64,000 bases of DNA, taken from positions 29,084,401 to 29,148,400 of the forward strand of contig CM120641.1 of the NCBI GenBank assembly GCA_051362555.1, in the 5' to 3' direction. The notes beneath the pieces were generated by a model. It saw only the letters and a list, made by a program, of their open reading frames with translations. It had not been told where the DNA came from and did not search any database. Positions within the stretch are counted from its first letter, which is position 1. Each line of letters begins with the position of its first letter. Of the stretch, positions 41,678 to 55,487 are shown in pieces. Source of the stretch: Lingula anatina (taxonomy: Eukaryota; Animalia; Brachiopoda). Both the position numbers and the translations under genes were made by a program.

Positions 41678-43155
41678 CGGTAATTCTCCAATCTATACGA
41701 ACGCCGCAATAATTACGAACGAAACGTTTTTTCTCTGAATCTGAATTTTTGTCTCCGTTCTGTACGAACGATCGCTAAACTCACTTTGGGCACAATTTAA
41801 ATTTTCCGAACGCAAGAAAGTGTGCCCGATTGAAACTCGCCCCATGATTCGTCAAAGCGAGTTTTCAGACCACCGTTCCAAACAAAGGAACTGCCACTTG
41901 ACAGGAGAGATTGTTATCATGTATTTGTGCTGTTTTTGAATGAGACGATAGGAGGACTCAACCTGCCCGCCGGCAGCTACAGGCCAGTAGTTTTAAAACC
42001 CTATTGTTATTGAGAAATTATTGACAGCATCAGTACGCATAAATTACTTACTGTTTATTATCATTTCTTAACTTCTGCCGGCTGACTGGATCATCAACAT
42101 CCACCATCAGTGTTTCACCGATAACTGGTTTCTAGTAAAATCTATAAACTTGAAACCCACGCACAACAGAAGAGTATGAGAAATTCATTGTCAATGATCG
42201 AGTTTTTCATTTGTTTTTGGTAGTCATCAGGAAATTATTTTTTTAAGAGGATTTCTGTCTTGTATTGTATTTATTTTTCTAATTTGAGTTGTGATAAAGT
42301 TAATGTACTTTTTTTGTTTGTTTGTTTGTTTTTCCTTGTTAAAGACTTTGTCTCATGAACAACTGTTAGGTAAACCTTACTGATATTAGTGATTGTGAAA
42401 AATAAAGGTGCCGTATGACCTTATACAAATTTGCCTGCAGTTTTCTGTATTTTTTCTAATTAAGTTTACATTGATTGCGTGCAAATTAATATGCTGTAAA
42501 AGACTTTCATAAATAGACTTGAATTGAGCTGATGTTATTTTTTATATCAAGTATAATCTCTATTAACGTCAGTGATATCTACTGTGAGGAGTTTCAAGAA
42601 TTTTGTTTTGGCGGGAGAAATTTATGTAGGCCTAATGGGGGGGGGGTGACATTATTAATATTGCAAATTTTCTATATGTGAAATCATATTAAAAGTAAAC
42701 ACGCAATAAATAAAATATGCAACTGGATACGAAAATATTCTTGTCTGTTTTTAACAGAAGTTGGGAAAAACGATGTTGTCCTGTCTTGGTAAAACATAAC
42801 AGGGAAAAACGATGTTGTCTTGTCTTGGGAGAAATGTACCTCTTTAGTATGAAGAAATTGTTTTTTAACTTGAATTCCCGACTTTTGTTTAGTTTGATTT
42901 AATTCATTGCAATATCGCAAGAATAATTTGTTTGTGCTTTTAGCTGATCACAGTGATTTAATCTGAAAGTAATGCTTACATTTAGCAATGTAGGTAAGTG
43001 GAGATAACTTCAGGTACAGCCGTATTCCATCCGTATTTCAATGGATACGAACGCATGGCAATTTTTAGCAGACTGAATTTCAAGCCTTACGAACAAAATG
43101 ATTATCTTCCAAAAATAATTAATTTAAATCGTTCGTATAGATTGGAGAATTACCG
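41678..43155. mobile_element. 1.48-kb non-autonomous Tc1/mariner-pogo-like element inserted in a (TACA)n microsatellite
   Basis: Perfect 26-bp TIR CGGTAATTCTCCAATCTATACGAACG; TA flanks; (CATA)n on both sides. Confidence 0.88.
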
Positions 43156-44244
43156 TACATACATACATACATACATACAAAGACCAACCATTTACATTGA
43201 ATCAGACCTTTAAAAAGAAAAAAAAATGCTGCTACTAATCTATCTGCTTCTACAAATACAAATTAAAAGAAGGCAAAAGAGTGCTACAGAGGCTCCATCT
43301 ATGTATTGAACAAAGCATTAATCTCTTAGTGCAACTGAAGGCTGACCAAAGACAAAGCACAGAAAGTGCCATGCAGGATCATGTGACCCATGGTCTAATA
43401 TCACGCCTCCTTCCAACCAGGCAGCCATTACAATGGGTATGTGTATGATGTCCCCTTGCCACGCAATGTAAGTGCAGCATAATATGTAATATTTTGGAAA
43501 TAAATCATGTCCCACTTTAAGTACTGCCTTTCTCAGCTGACAATTTATTCATGAAAGCTTTTATGCCAAGCCACAATCAAGCCCCTTTATGATGCCATTA
43601 AAAAAGAAAATCAATTAATGTAACCACATTTTCTAGACTTGCATATTAAAAATGATACCCATCAGTTACATATCACTAGAACACATCAAGGAAGGAAATA
43701 GGTGCTAAAATTTTGCTATAAAAACCACAAAAAAATAATAAAAGAAGAAGTGTAGGACAACTGCTATACATAATGAACATGCATGCATGATCACATAACA
43801 TCAACAAACAAACTTATAACTAGCCTCTTTCAAAAACCAATGTTAAATAGTGCATGTGATTTTTTCTGTATTTAATAGTATTTACCAAAATCAGGCTTTA
43901 CTTAGAACTATAATTGGGTGCTTGGCTGTGTAAAGGGTTGACAACCAGCAAAACATGCTAACAAATTTGATAAAAATATAGCATTGAAGGTTGAGAATGA
44001 AATGGCAGCTTTCCATCACCATTTTAAACTACACTTTGGACAGGATTTAGTTAATGTGTGCTCTGCACACTACCACACATAGGTGTAGCCTTTTTCAGGG
44101 AAAAGGCAGAATAAACATGTAAAATACTGAAAATTAGACCATGGTGGAAGTGAAAAACAAAAGACTCAGACGTGGTGTAACTCGCATAACCGCACGTCTC
44201 GCATGAATGCGTTATAACCCGTTAATAGACCCGTGGTCTAAATA

Positions 44245-44337
44245 AGATAGAGCCCTCGTCAGCGAGGGTTATGTGACATCCACTCGTGCTACGCACTCGT
44301 GTATGCCACATAACCCTCGCTGACTCGGGCTCTATCT
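44245..44337. repeat. Strong hairpin, likely the terminus of a non-autonomous DNA element
   Basis: AGATAGAGCCC..TCAGCGAGGGTTATGTG / CACATAACCCTCGCTGA..GGGCTCTATCT; loop holds two CACTCGTG copies. Confidence 0.75.
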
Positions 44338-46490
44338 ATTACTAAAACAATTTTGCACCTGAAAACAGATTAACTGACATAGCCTTGCCCATCAGAAACA
44401 ATGTTTTCAGCATCAATTATGTAAGCTAGACTAATAATTTCCAGGTAACCAAATATTTCCAAAGTATGCCTGTACTAGTAACTTTTTAGGCAGAGTGCTA
44501 TTGTATATTTTTATGAATGTATCGACAAAGCTAAATCTTACATCAAATATTAAAGTTTCATGATAAAACAGATATGATATTAATATTCTCTGAGCTCCCC
44601 CCCCCCCCTCACCCCCACCCACAATCAAGCACACACACACTCATGCTTTTTAAAAATTCTCTACCCTTTTATGGCCAAGGATAAGCTGTTCTGGCCAATT
44701 TCCAGCATTAACCTGTTGACGTAGCATCTGCCAAATTCCAATCTCAAGCACTACAGCAAAAAGGCACTCCCTAAAAGAAAACTGCTTAATGTGTAAATTA
44801 ACCCCAATTTTTGTAAACCACAAAAACAAAATGAACATAATGTTTTTTTTTTTTTCATTTTCCTAAATCTTGACAAAAAAAAAATCAATTGGTAACTCAT
44901 AAAATTGATCAGTTATATAAATCTAGTAAAATGTAGGTACAAACTGTAAAAATATAAATAAAAAATTCACTCAATGTAACTTATGTTCACAATAGATTGT
45001 GCATTTAATCTTGTTTTTGTGCTCCAATGATTATAATCATACCTTGCAGTTTCAAAATATTCTATTTTAACAATTTTTTTTCTTTGTAATAGCAGTCATT
45101 TAGCTGACAAAAACTCCAAAATGTGCAAAATGCCCTTCTACAATGGTGATAAGATAAAGTGGTTTACTGGTACTTTACTTGATTTCATTTTTATCTAAAA
45201 CTTATCTAGGACAGTTCAATGACCTGAGGATTTGAGGATTTGAAGATGATAGCTAAGGTTAAATTTAAGTCTCTCAACTGTGAAAGAGAGTTCAACTAAC
45301 TCAAAATCAAGTTTAAAGAAGTTATTTTTGTTCTTATTTCAGTTCATTCTCTGTTTACATCTGTTTAAGACTGGTGAGGCATTCAAACTAATCATGTGAT
45401 ATTTTGGATAAAGCCTGAGAGGGGGTTTACATTTATCAGAATGACCACCCTTAAGGAGAAAAGGTAATGACTAACAGGTATTTAAAAAATACAACAGAAA
45501 AACACTCAAAATGACAAGATTTTGTTATCATTGGTCAGCAGGGCACCGTGACTTTCCAACTTTAGGAAAGTATATCATGATGCCACTGACAGATGAAAGC
45601 TATGATCCCCTAGAAAATTAGTTTAGGGATATAACTAATATTCTACTCATTTTTTAGGGAATACAATGGAAGGATTTTCTGCAGTATTTATAAGCCAAAA
45701 AAAAGTCTGCCAAAGCAACATATGAACAAACTTCCATTAAAGTGATAAAATGAAGTGTCAAAATCTGTTTGGATCCCACCATTAGAAACTCCAAAAAACA
45801 GAACCTTCAATACATTTGGTCAATAAATGGCGAGAATGACCATTTGGCCAAGAAATAAATTTAACCTACACTGGGATATTGTCATTTATAAGTCAAAAAT
45901 TAGCATTGACCCTGGAACAAAATTTTAATTCATTATCAATGAGAAGTCAGGATCCCCATTAACCCTTGCAAAAAGTTAATGACACAGGGATTTAGCATGC
46001 AGTGTTAGAAAAACATGAAAACACTATCTTTTTTTTTTAGCTGTTATTGGATCAGTAAAATGACCACACAAATGACTATTAAAATACAACAATATAACAA
46101 TACAGAATAAATTTAAATATTTGATCTTTCAACTTTTTAATATCTTCTATGTCTTATTTATCTCACTTGGGAAACAGTACATGTGGCTACTTCATGTTAA
46201 GTGGCAGTTTATGAACCATCTGTAATCACTGATACATTTGATATGTATAAACAAAGAGACATTGAGAAATCTATTTAAATTACAGATAAGATTTGCAGAA
46301 TCACACTCACACCAATGACATCAATTTAAAAGTAGATAACTAGTTAAGATATAAGGGAAAAAAAAGAAGCTACAGTAAGATGTTATCCTGTAAATAAACA
46401 AGGGCTCATTCTCAGTAAAGCTGTCGTTCCAAACAGATCGATCCAACTCCACGGGAAATCTTGCTGAATGCACTTTGATATACAGACTGA

Positions 46491-46713
46491 GTCTCTGTTC
46501 ACATGAAAAATCTATTTTCTAAAAATCTATTTTCTATTCGCGGTATCTTTTGATCACTCCGAGCACAGCTGAGAATTAATTACAGATTTGGAAGTAACTT
46601 GCTTGTGCTGCCAGTAATTACGCCGCGGGGTATTCAGGGCACAGACCGTGATCACAAGATACTGCGAATAGAAAATAATTTTTAGAAAATAGATTTTTCA
46701 TGTGAACGAAGCC
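46491..46713. mobile_element. Palindromic MITE (Harbinger-like), adjacent to a truncated MITE end at ~46402-46470
   Basis: GTTCACATGAAAAATCTATTTTCTAAAAA and its reverse complement; TGA/TAA flanks. Confidence 0.8.
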
Positions 46714-47010
46714 TAACACACCTCCCCTTCAGACTTGTTTCCAACGTACCCATATTACAATCACCAGCTTTTCTGTATTGTACTCAATGCCTGAAGGAGG
46801 TGTGGTTATTTGTCAATCTTATTGCATTCACTGTTTCACTGAAAATGAGTTCAAAGGATCTATTTTATGTTAAAAGTTACACAGCATCAAACAATAAATT
46901 GTATGAATCCCTCCAATAAGTTTGAGTATAATAAGTCATGTGGTTACCCACATATTATATTACTCAGTAATGATGATAGGACACAATTTTTTTTTTTTTT
47001 TTTTTTTTTG

Positions 47011-47540
47011 CAATTTTGATGCAATATGCTGCATATCATAATCACAACCCATTTTGAAATGTGTACTAATGTTACTGTGGATGTTCAGAAAATGTTATTA
47101 TAAATCCACACAAACATACACATACAAACACACAAATCATAATTTGAAGAAAAACAAACCCAATAAAGCTGCTTAAATGTATTTTGGAGCTTTGAATCAC
47201 TCCAGTAACTGAAGATATTAATAAGTAACAGAGTTAACTATTTATTGTGTTAAGGATGACATAGGGCAAAATTAGTTTTGGGTTAATTTTGATGCAACAC
47301 TGCATAATGATTAACAGCAAAATCACCACCCAAATTTTAACCATGTACTACTGTTGCTGTGGACATTCAGAAAATGTTAATAGCACAGGGCTTTAGGCCC
47401 ATGGGAGTTTAAAGTCATACCTCAAAATGCCATTGTGTGAAAAATGAAAAAATCGTAAAAAATCTACATAAAAAATGGCCCAATAAGGCTGTAATTCAAG
47501 CTTAAACTGTATTTCGGTACTATGAATCACTCCAGTCCTT
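47011..47540. repeat. Diverged tandem duplication (two units of roughly 270-320 bp)
   Basis: Blocks aattttgatgcaa, tgtacta, ttcagaaaatgtta and tgaatcactccagt each occur twice in the same order. Confidence 0.7.
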
Positions 47541-50500
47541 GCCTTAACATTGAAAAGACACTGCAAAGGTGACAGAGGGCATTGGCGGTGACTGCTACAT
47601 GTCCAGACACACAGTGTCTGTCCAAAAAATAAGTGTCTTCTCCATCATTTTAAAGTCATTTAACATGTCCACAAAATGTGGTTGAGATATAGGCAAATAT
47701 AATGCTGCACTTCACTGTGCTATAAAACATGTTATTATATTCTGGGAGAAGAGGTTTAAAAGTGCCCCGTCAACCACAGTTATGGGGAACTAAGTACAAC
47801 CACAAGCTATAGTTAACATGAGATGAAAAAGAAAGCACTAATAAAATGGCTTAAGTGTTCACCAAAATGTCAAATGACTTCTTTCAAAACTTCCACAGAT
47901 TTTCAAAACTCATTCTCATCAAAGAGTGTACATCTGAAACTGGTGGAAAATAGCATTTGACGTTTTTTTAGTTTTTATCTTACTCAGAGTTATAAATACT
48001 TAACTCATCTAATAGGGACATCATCTAAGTAACTTCAATCTACCTAATATTGAAACCCAGCCAGCTGAGTAGACAATGAGACCATAATAAAAAAGATATA
48101 TGTAAATTTTTGGCAATGAGTGGCCAACTTTCTCAAACTCATCCTTTCTCTTAAATACCCATCTAGAAAAATTAATTTTGCAGAACCTCATAAACACACA
48201 AAAAAAATTTCACAGAGCAACAGGTATTTTATTTCATTTTACGATTATTTTTTTTCTTACTGAACCACAATACATACTAAACACCATTTATCCCCGTATA
48301 GACATACAGTTTTGGATCACCCATGTTTGGATCTCTTTCAAACCACTCTTTAAGTCCTTCAGTGGCAGGTCTTATGAACAAAATTGCCATTTATGACTTC
48401 TATCCACCACATTGTGATTGCAGTCACCAAATCAATGACTTAAACCTCGATTTCATAGTAAAATAATTATCACAAACACTGCATTTTTAACAGCAATTAT
48501 TGTTTATGAGGCCTTAATGGGAATCAAATTAAATAGCAATAAGTCTTGTGACATGGCAAAAAAGTTATGCAAGATTTTTCAGGATTTGGTTGAGAAATAG
48601 GATAAGAAATAATAGACTACTAGAGAGTGCAGTACAACAATGTATAAAAGCTTTGGATTTATCCAAGGATATCAGTCGTTTTCTGAAGTTTGTCACATAA
48701 CATTCTTTTACATATCAGCACAAATTCACCATGTTTTGTGAGTCACTAATTACTTGCTTTCTAGGAATACATTCCCAAAGCACAGAATTTCACACTTATC
48801 TCTGATAAGTCACCCTTGTGTGGACTTTTCATATTTTCTAGTCTTGTATGAAACAGAGCCAAAAGTTGTACTCTAGCCTAGAATCTTTTCCATTCACCCT
48901 TACCAAATTTTCACAGGGAATTTGAGAAACAGCAGTTATCTTTGAGTATAATTTTTTTTTGGTATTTCCTGAAACAGCTGTCCTTCTAAGTAACATAATA
49001 AAGGAGACTAGCCATCCATTCTTTGCCTATATTTACAAATGTCAAAGGCATCCCTATTACCAGTGGTTGACTGGGAATTATATTTATACCAAAATCCAGT
49101 TACTGTAAAATGCCCTTCATGTTTTTCTTGCTGTGTAAACTAGGGTTTATTGCATCTCTTCAGTTATTACACTTGGTGTTGTCAACATCTTCTTATTTAT
49201 TAAAGCTACCAATAATGTTTTGCCTGCTGAGTTTAAACCCAAGCACTTCACTACTTCAACAATTAAGTTTTTACGACCAGGTACTATGAACCTCACTCCT
49301 AAAAAGAGACATTAAAGGGTCTTCAGAAACAAAATAACAATTTAAGCAGGCTAGAAAATAATTCAACACTATTTTTTTCTTTTAAAAATGCAATACCAAA
49401 GTTTACTGATCTTTTACATGTGGTAACATAAAAATGCTTGCCTTTCAATCTGCTCTTCCATTTAGTGAAGAACACAAACTTTACCCTCATAATAGCTAAA
49501 ATACCACTGGTTGTTGCTAGTTAAATTTCCTTAACAGACATGCAATACAAATGCAAGTAACTTTTCTGACTTGTAGAGACATTTACTACATTTCACTTCT
49601 GCCCTGGCAAAGCAAGTCTACAAATATCAATGTAATGCATGTCAATTATGTCTCCAGTTAACAATTATCAGCACAACAAAACCAACTGCTTTAAGGACAA
49701 TTTATTTTGCAGTAATGTTTCTGACCTGAAAGTTTTGTCTCGTGAAAATTATCTACAGGGCATACTCATATAATTTTCAGTCAAATAAATAAAGTTTAAA
49801 CTTTAAAATTACAAAAATTAAAAAATCTCTCAAATTTAAATGTCAAAATAATCATAATCAAAACAAAGTTAAATCAAATTCTTCAAAAAAAAAAAAAAAA
49901 ATCATTTTGACATAGTATGACCAAAACAAGGCATTTTCTTCATGAGTTGAACTGGGACTTGGGGTTAAACATTGTGTACATCTCATTCATTGGTACAAAT
50001 TTCTGTGTCAGGTAAAATCAACCTGTAAACAACAATATCATCCAAGGACATGGTCACATTAGGACAAAAGCTAGGTCAGTAACTATTAATAAGGTCTTTA
50101 TTACTGACTTTCTGTTTCTACTGACACCATGTAAAGATACATGAAAAACCTATGGCGACCTGGAGACTCATTACAATTTAAAGAAGAATTATAACATTGT
50201 TTTCAAGATAAAGTCTGAATGGATAATATTAAAGCTGACCTTTACTCTGTACTCTATATTTATTATCTTAATATTTAGCTGTTTATTTTTCTCTTATTAT
50301 ATTGTGTAAACATTTCTTAAATTGTTATTTTGTTAAGTATATTGAGGATTTTAATGGCCTTAACTTTAATTATAATAATTTTTATCTTAAACATGAAACC
50401 GAGTCATGCATTCAAAAATTAAAGAATGCGTTCAATATTTCAAGTTTTCCTAAATGCCACAAGAAATTTCAACACAAAGGTTAAAGTCATCTGCCATTAA

Positions 50501-52659
50501 CATAAAATATCAGCACACCACACCATAACACAATATGACAGTTTACTTTCAGTAACACAGTGAAGGGTTCAACTGTACTTTTCTGTTTAAGCACCTTTTG
50601 AGTAAAGAAAAGAGTCATGTCCCCCAAGCATAAGGATAAGCCAAGTTTTTGCCACAAATAAAAATAATGAATAGGATGAAAATTGTTCCTATCACTCTTA
50701 TCCTACGTTCATCTGATTTTTGAAACTGTGTAGTGAGATTTATTACATTCGTGTTGGTCCTCTTGTTCTTTAACTTTAAACCTTTTTTCCACTTATAGTA
50801 TCATCAAATTAAGTAAACGAACCAGTACAGGAAAACCTTTTCAAAGCAGGTTCCAGACCATTACCAATATGTCCATTTCCATTTTGTTAAATATCAAACA
50901 TCTGTCTCAAATCTTAAGCCACAATGGATGTGACATTGTGTTAGACTACTAGTATGTTACAGCATTATAAACTACAGTTACGATAATGGCTTCATCATTC
51001 CAACTGGGAAAATTGTGAATTTTACCGATACTGTATTTTTTTAAGTAATAAATTCTTAAAATTAGAACATGTTAATGAAATAAATTCTCTCTGACTTATG
51101 ACACATATGATATTGACAAACGTTTTTTAATAATATAAGTATACATATTGTAAGTGCATGCAGTGATTGGACATAGTGGTCTGAAGCCAGAAGTGAGTAG
51201 TATTCACTTGACATAACATGTGAGTGTGCTAGCAGCACAAAATTGAGGTGTATACAGTTCATAATGCTTTCTAAAATTTAAGCAGTTTTCTTATTTACTG
51301 TACATTAATGTCAATCTATTTATTTATTTTCTAGATTTGTACGTGGTTACTCTTTACAAAGGTCAAAGCATCAATACTAAGGATTTGAGCAAATCAGAAA
51401 TTTGTGTTTTCAACAGAGGTTATAGTCAATAAAGGACAGCATTTTTTTATGAGTTACAAACTGAGATGTCTTCACATATGATTAATGAAGCTACTGTCCA
51501 CTCATACCAACATAGCAAGGTCATCAATCAGCCATGTCAGCTATAGACTTGGGAGCATTATCAAAGGGGCATTCAACTTTTCCTGGTCGCAAACAGAAGT
51601 TTCATTTATAAAAAAAAAAACACACAATAACCTCATTTATATATCACTGTCCTTCATACAATGCACTAGGTTTTGACACATGAAAAAGAGAGAGGACTAT
51701 CATATGACAAGTTTGCAATTGCTGTTTGGTCTGCTAAAACAAAATGTAGGGTGAGTAGGTTAATTCACTGCTAAGTTCACAATCCATCTCCCAGCAAATT
51801 AGAATACCATGCACCACGCAAGTAAAACAACAAGTAAAACAATATGTTTTTTATGTTCAGGTTCTAACCCTCAGGAAATTGCTGGAAAATCAGTACTCAA
51901 ATCCTTGCATAAGTCTTTAAATAAGTCCTTGCTACTTCATACATTTGCATTCATTCGGAAATCACTCAACTGAAGTTCATATATGACACTTAAAACATGT
52001 TCCCGTAAAAACTTAAAAATTTCATCACTTAAAAAAAAATAATTAACATTGTAAACTGCTTGAATCCAACATGGCCATTTGACAACATTTTCAAAGTTAT
52101 AAAAATTACGTCAGCAGAGAATCGTCTTCCAACAAAATTTTTAAAACTTATTAAATTTTCAAGTTTTTACCGTATAAAGATCTACATGATTATGTCTCTC
52201 TGCTGTCCATGCCCTCAAAACATCACACATAATTTGAACATTTTACCAAGGGCTTTGTGTTATAAGATCAGAAAACCAAACACTAGTTTCATGAGCAAAC
52301 AACTGTGTCATCTTAGCAGGTAAGGACAAAGGCAGTAAACCATGTTTTCTTATATTTTAACCTATGCTCATGCCACTCATACTCTTAAGAAGCATTTTTC
52401 TTTCTCACTCTCTAAAAACCAAAACATTTCATTTTGATTTTTAACTAATAAAGTTGACAAATGGATCTCATCACAAAAAGCAGTGCAAATTTACATCTCA
52501 TGTAGGTCTAAACATAGAAAATACCATTTTTGCATAATGTATTTTAGGGGGTGGGGTGAGATTAAATCACCCAAATCTTGAATGCCTGGTTGTAACAAGA
52601 TCCATCTGAAAACCAAACCACTGTGTACTCACAATGCAAGGTGTCCGACCTGTACTCAC

Positions 52660-52758
52660 AATGTAAATTATCCAGCATATATGCGAGTAACTTATGTGTT
52701 CCATTGGCCTCATTATACAGATTAAGAATATCTGGACTGAGGGGGTTCCCTTTTAAAC
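52660..52758 (-). CDS. CNOT6: CNOT6 coding exon 3: GLKGNPLSPDILNLYNEANGTHKLLAYMLDNLH
   Basis: Read manually; ttccAG acceptor and T|GTGAGT donor; LRR C-cap GLKGNPL. Confidence 0.94.
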
Positions 52759-54136
52759 CTGGAAAGAAAATTGTATAAATTTTTTCTCAGGCTGAATAAT
52801 GGGTACAAAAAGTCAATAGGAAGACACTTAAAACTGAATGTGCTGAGACCAGAAAGGAGAAAATTTTCTAATTCAGAAAATAAAAAGTTAGCAATCTTTG
52901 ATAAATGCGACATATGCCAGTGAAGGTGTGTAAGATCGCAACAATTGTCAGATTTACGTCATCATGCCTGCAGTTATGGTGAACAATGCTGGGGTCCAGT
53001 ACAAAATTTCCAAAACCAATGAAAATGTTCTAAATGTGTTAGGTGAGACCAAGGCATGGCTGTTCTAAAACACAATCACAACTGACTTTCCCACTGGTCT
53101 CAACTGGAACATTATCACAGATGTCAGTGTGACAGTGCCTCAACAATTAAAATATAAGGTGTAATGTCCATGAGGCTTTATAGAAAAAGAGACATCTGAT
53201 AAAAAAATGATTTAATATATTATAATGATAAACAGTAAATCCTTTAATATTTTATCATAGAATATTTTTTCATAGAAAACACAAGATGAAAATAACACAA
53301 TGCACCGTTTTTCCCTAAGTAATGCAAATAAAGGTGTGTGAAGTGATCTATGGTTTCCTTTGGTAGTATACTTAAAAACCTAAATCAACTGGTATATTCA
53401 TTAATCATTTACAAACATCAGCTGGGGCATTTTTATCAACATACTTGTCTTATCTCTTCTTATCTAAAAGTTTTAAATTTAATAAGTACTACAAGGGTGT
53501 CAGGTTATCTTAGGATGTAATCTAAATCAATTAACACATTAAAAGAAACATTGAGATTGTTGACCTGGAGCATATTGAACTTAAGAGCTGAAGCCCAAAG
53601 TTTGGTCTTAACTTTCAGACCAAAAATTTAGTTTTTTTCAGTTAAGATAAATAGTAGCCTACTTAAACAGTATATGAATCTGAAATATCAAATTCTTTTT
53701 GACCTTATACTGATCTTTCTTGGGTCAAATAGCCTAGAATTCTTATATGGAAGCTAAGATTGAATTCTGTGCTCAAATTCTTTTGTGAAACCATTTTGTG
53801 AACTGCTAGTACTTTAATAACACACACACGTACTTAATACCTGTATCTGTTTTAAATCTAAAGTGTACTAAGTTGTTCAACGTAACGAAGTGAGGTGCCA
53901 GTGCAGGAATGTGGGCTCACGTGTTACTCATTTATAATCTTATCAAAAAAATTCTCATTGCTGCTGGAGTACTTCCCACTATTGGTGGTGACTGCTTGCA
54001 GTTGTCTATATTGTTTTTTTAGTAACAATTAAGTTATTTTTAACACTTCGTCAAGGTCTGAAATTGGAAAAGCTTCCTTCACTAACAAGGGAGAGATTGT
54101 AGATAATTTTTATTGTTTTTTTTTTCGACAACTCAC

Positions 54137-54400
54137 CTAGGGTTTGCAACTGGAATAGTTTCCCTAACTCGTAGGGGAGTGATCTTAGATAATTGTTATT
54201 CAACAGCAGTTCCCTGAGTGTTATCATGTCCCCCAACTCAGCAGGTAGACTCCGTAGCTTGTTGGCTGACAGGTCCAGGTAGACTAAGTTCTGTAGCCTG
54301 CAGATGTCTGCTGGGAGTCGTGTCAGGTTGTTGTCATTCAGGTACAGAGATGTCAGGTGCTCTAGCTGCCATAACTGTGGGCTGAGATTACGAATGGTCC
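54137..54400 (-). CDS. CNOT6: CNOT6 coding exon 2: leucine-rich repeats (TIRNLSPQLWQLEHLTSLYLNDN...LFQLQTL)
   Basis: LxxLxLxxNxL repeats; ctAG acceptor and G|GTGAGT donor. Confidence 0.96.
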
Positions 54401-55375
54401 CTAGAATTTTTTTTTTTTTTTTTTTAATTATCATGTTTGAATAATATTTTTCTCAAATTTTTTGTATCAACATACATTTTCTATTTTTCACAAAAGAAAA
54501 TTACAAAGAGTAACTTAAAATTACTAGAAAAACACTCAGAGTGTGCAGACCTCCGCCAAGGAAACTGAATTCTCATTATAATTAATAAATCATTAATCAA
54601 ATCATAGAGTCGATTTAAGTGTATAAATATAATACAGTCATCTGAGCAATATACGAAGAATATCTTTATTAGGATATACATGGTCGCAGGGCTTGCACAG
54701 CGCTTCTTGGGGAAACTTATAAAAAGTACAGATAACTAACACCAAATGTGCCTAGAAACACTACTGAGAAAGAAATTTATATATAAAAACTAAAAAACAG
54801 CATTAACATATCCATTTTCTATGGTAGTTATTATACCTTTTCAATTCAATGTGACAAGGGATACTTCTTACGGTCCAAATGTGACTGTAAAATTTGACTG
54901 GTCCAAATTGACACTCTGATGCAAGAGGTCAGGTCACATTTTTGTCAAGGTGTAAATAGTACACAATTTGTAGAGCTCTGACAAAGAACTTGTGCAGCTT
55001 CAATGCAGAGCCCATTTCAATGGAAATTGTTATTACCATCAAATCTAATCGTTTGTTCCTTAGCTCATTTTGACCAATTCTGAAAATTTTATCAAAAAAC
55101 GCTTCCAGAACTTTTTCTTTGCCAAAAGACAAACAAACAAAATAATTGGAATGAAAACAAAACCTCCTAGCTAAAGGTAATAAAAGCAAATTTAAAAAAT
55201 AGAGAATATACATACAATAAAGCATTTGTGTAGCAGTTGCAATCAGTTTTTTTTACAATGGAAGAAACTGCTGCAATCAGTTATTTGATTCAGTGCCTCG
55301 AGAGGAGTATGTGAATCATGATGTGAGCGTTTTAGCAATGTTCACAGCATGGCTGTCACAAATCTATTCATTTAC

Positions 55376-55487
55376 CTGTAATTTCTAGCTCATACCACTG
55401 GGACTTTTTTCCTGCTACAACGTCTTCCATTGACATGATTGTGTGTGTCCTACGAGGGTTTGGCGACTCATATTTTTCTTTTGGCAT
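55376..55487 (-). CDS. CNOT6: CNOT6 coding exon 1: MPKEKYESPNPRRTHTIMSMEDVVAGKKSQWYELEIT (exon begins at 55498)
   Basis: Read manually; matches the conserved animal CNOT6 N-terminus; G|GTAAAT donor. Confidence 0.95.

Larger units (their letters stand above)
6224..55487 (-). other. CNOT6: CCR4-NOT subunit 6 (CCR4 deadenylase) gene model, 10 coding exons, 1674 nt CDS / 557 aa
   Basis: Exons of 112+264+99+69+158+155+152+228+178+259 nt join in frame with GT-AG boundaries. The protein has the MPKEKY N-terminus, LRRs, and EEP motifs (YNVL, SLQEVE, DGCAIF, HWDP, LCGDFNS, IDYIYY, PSDH). Confidence 0.96.
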
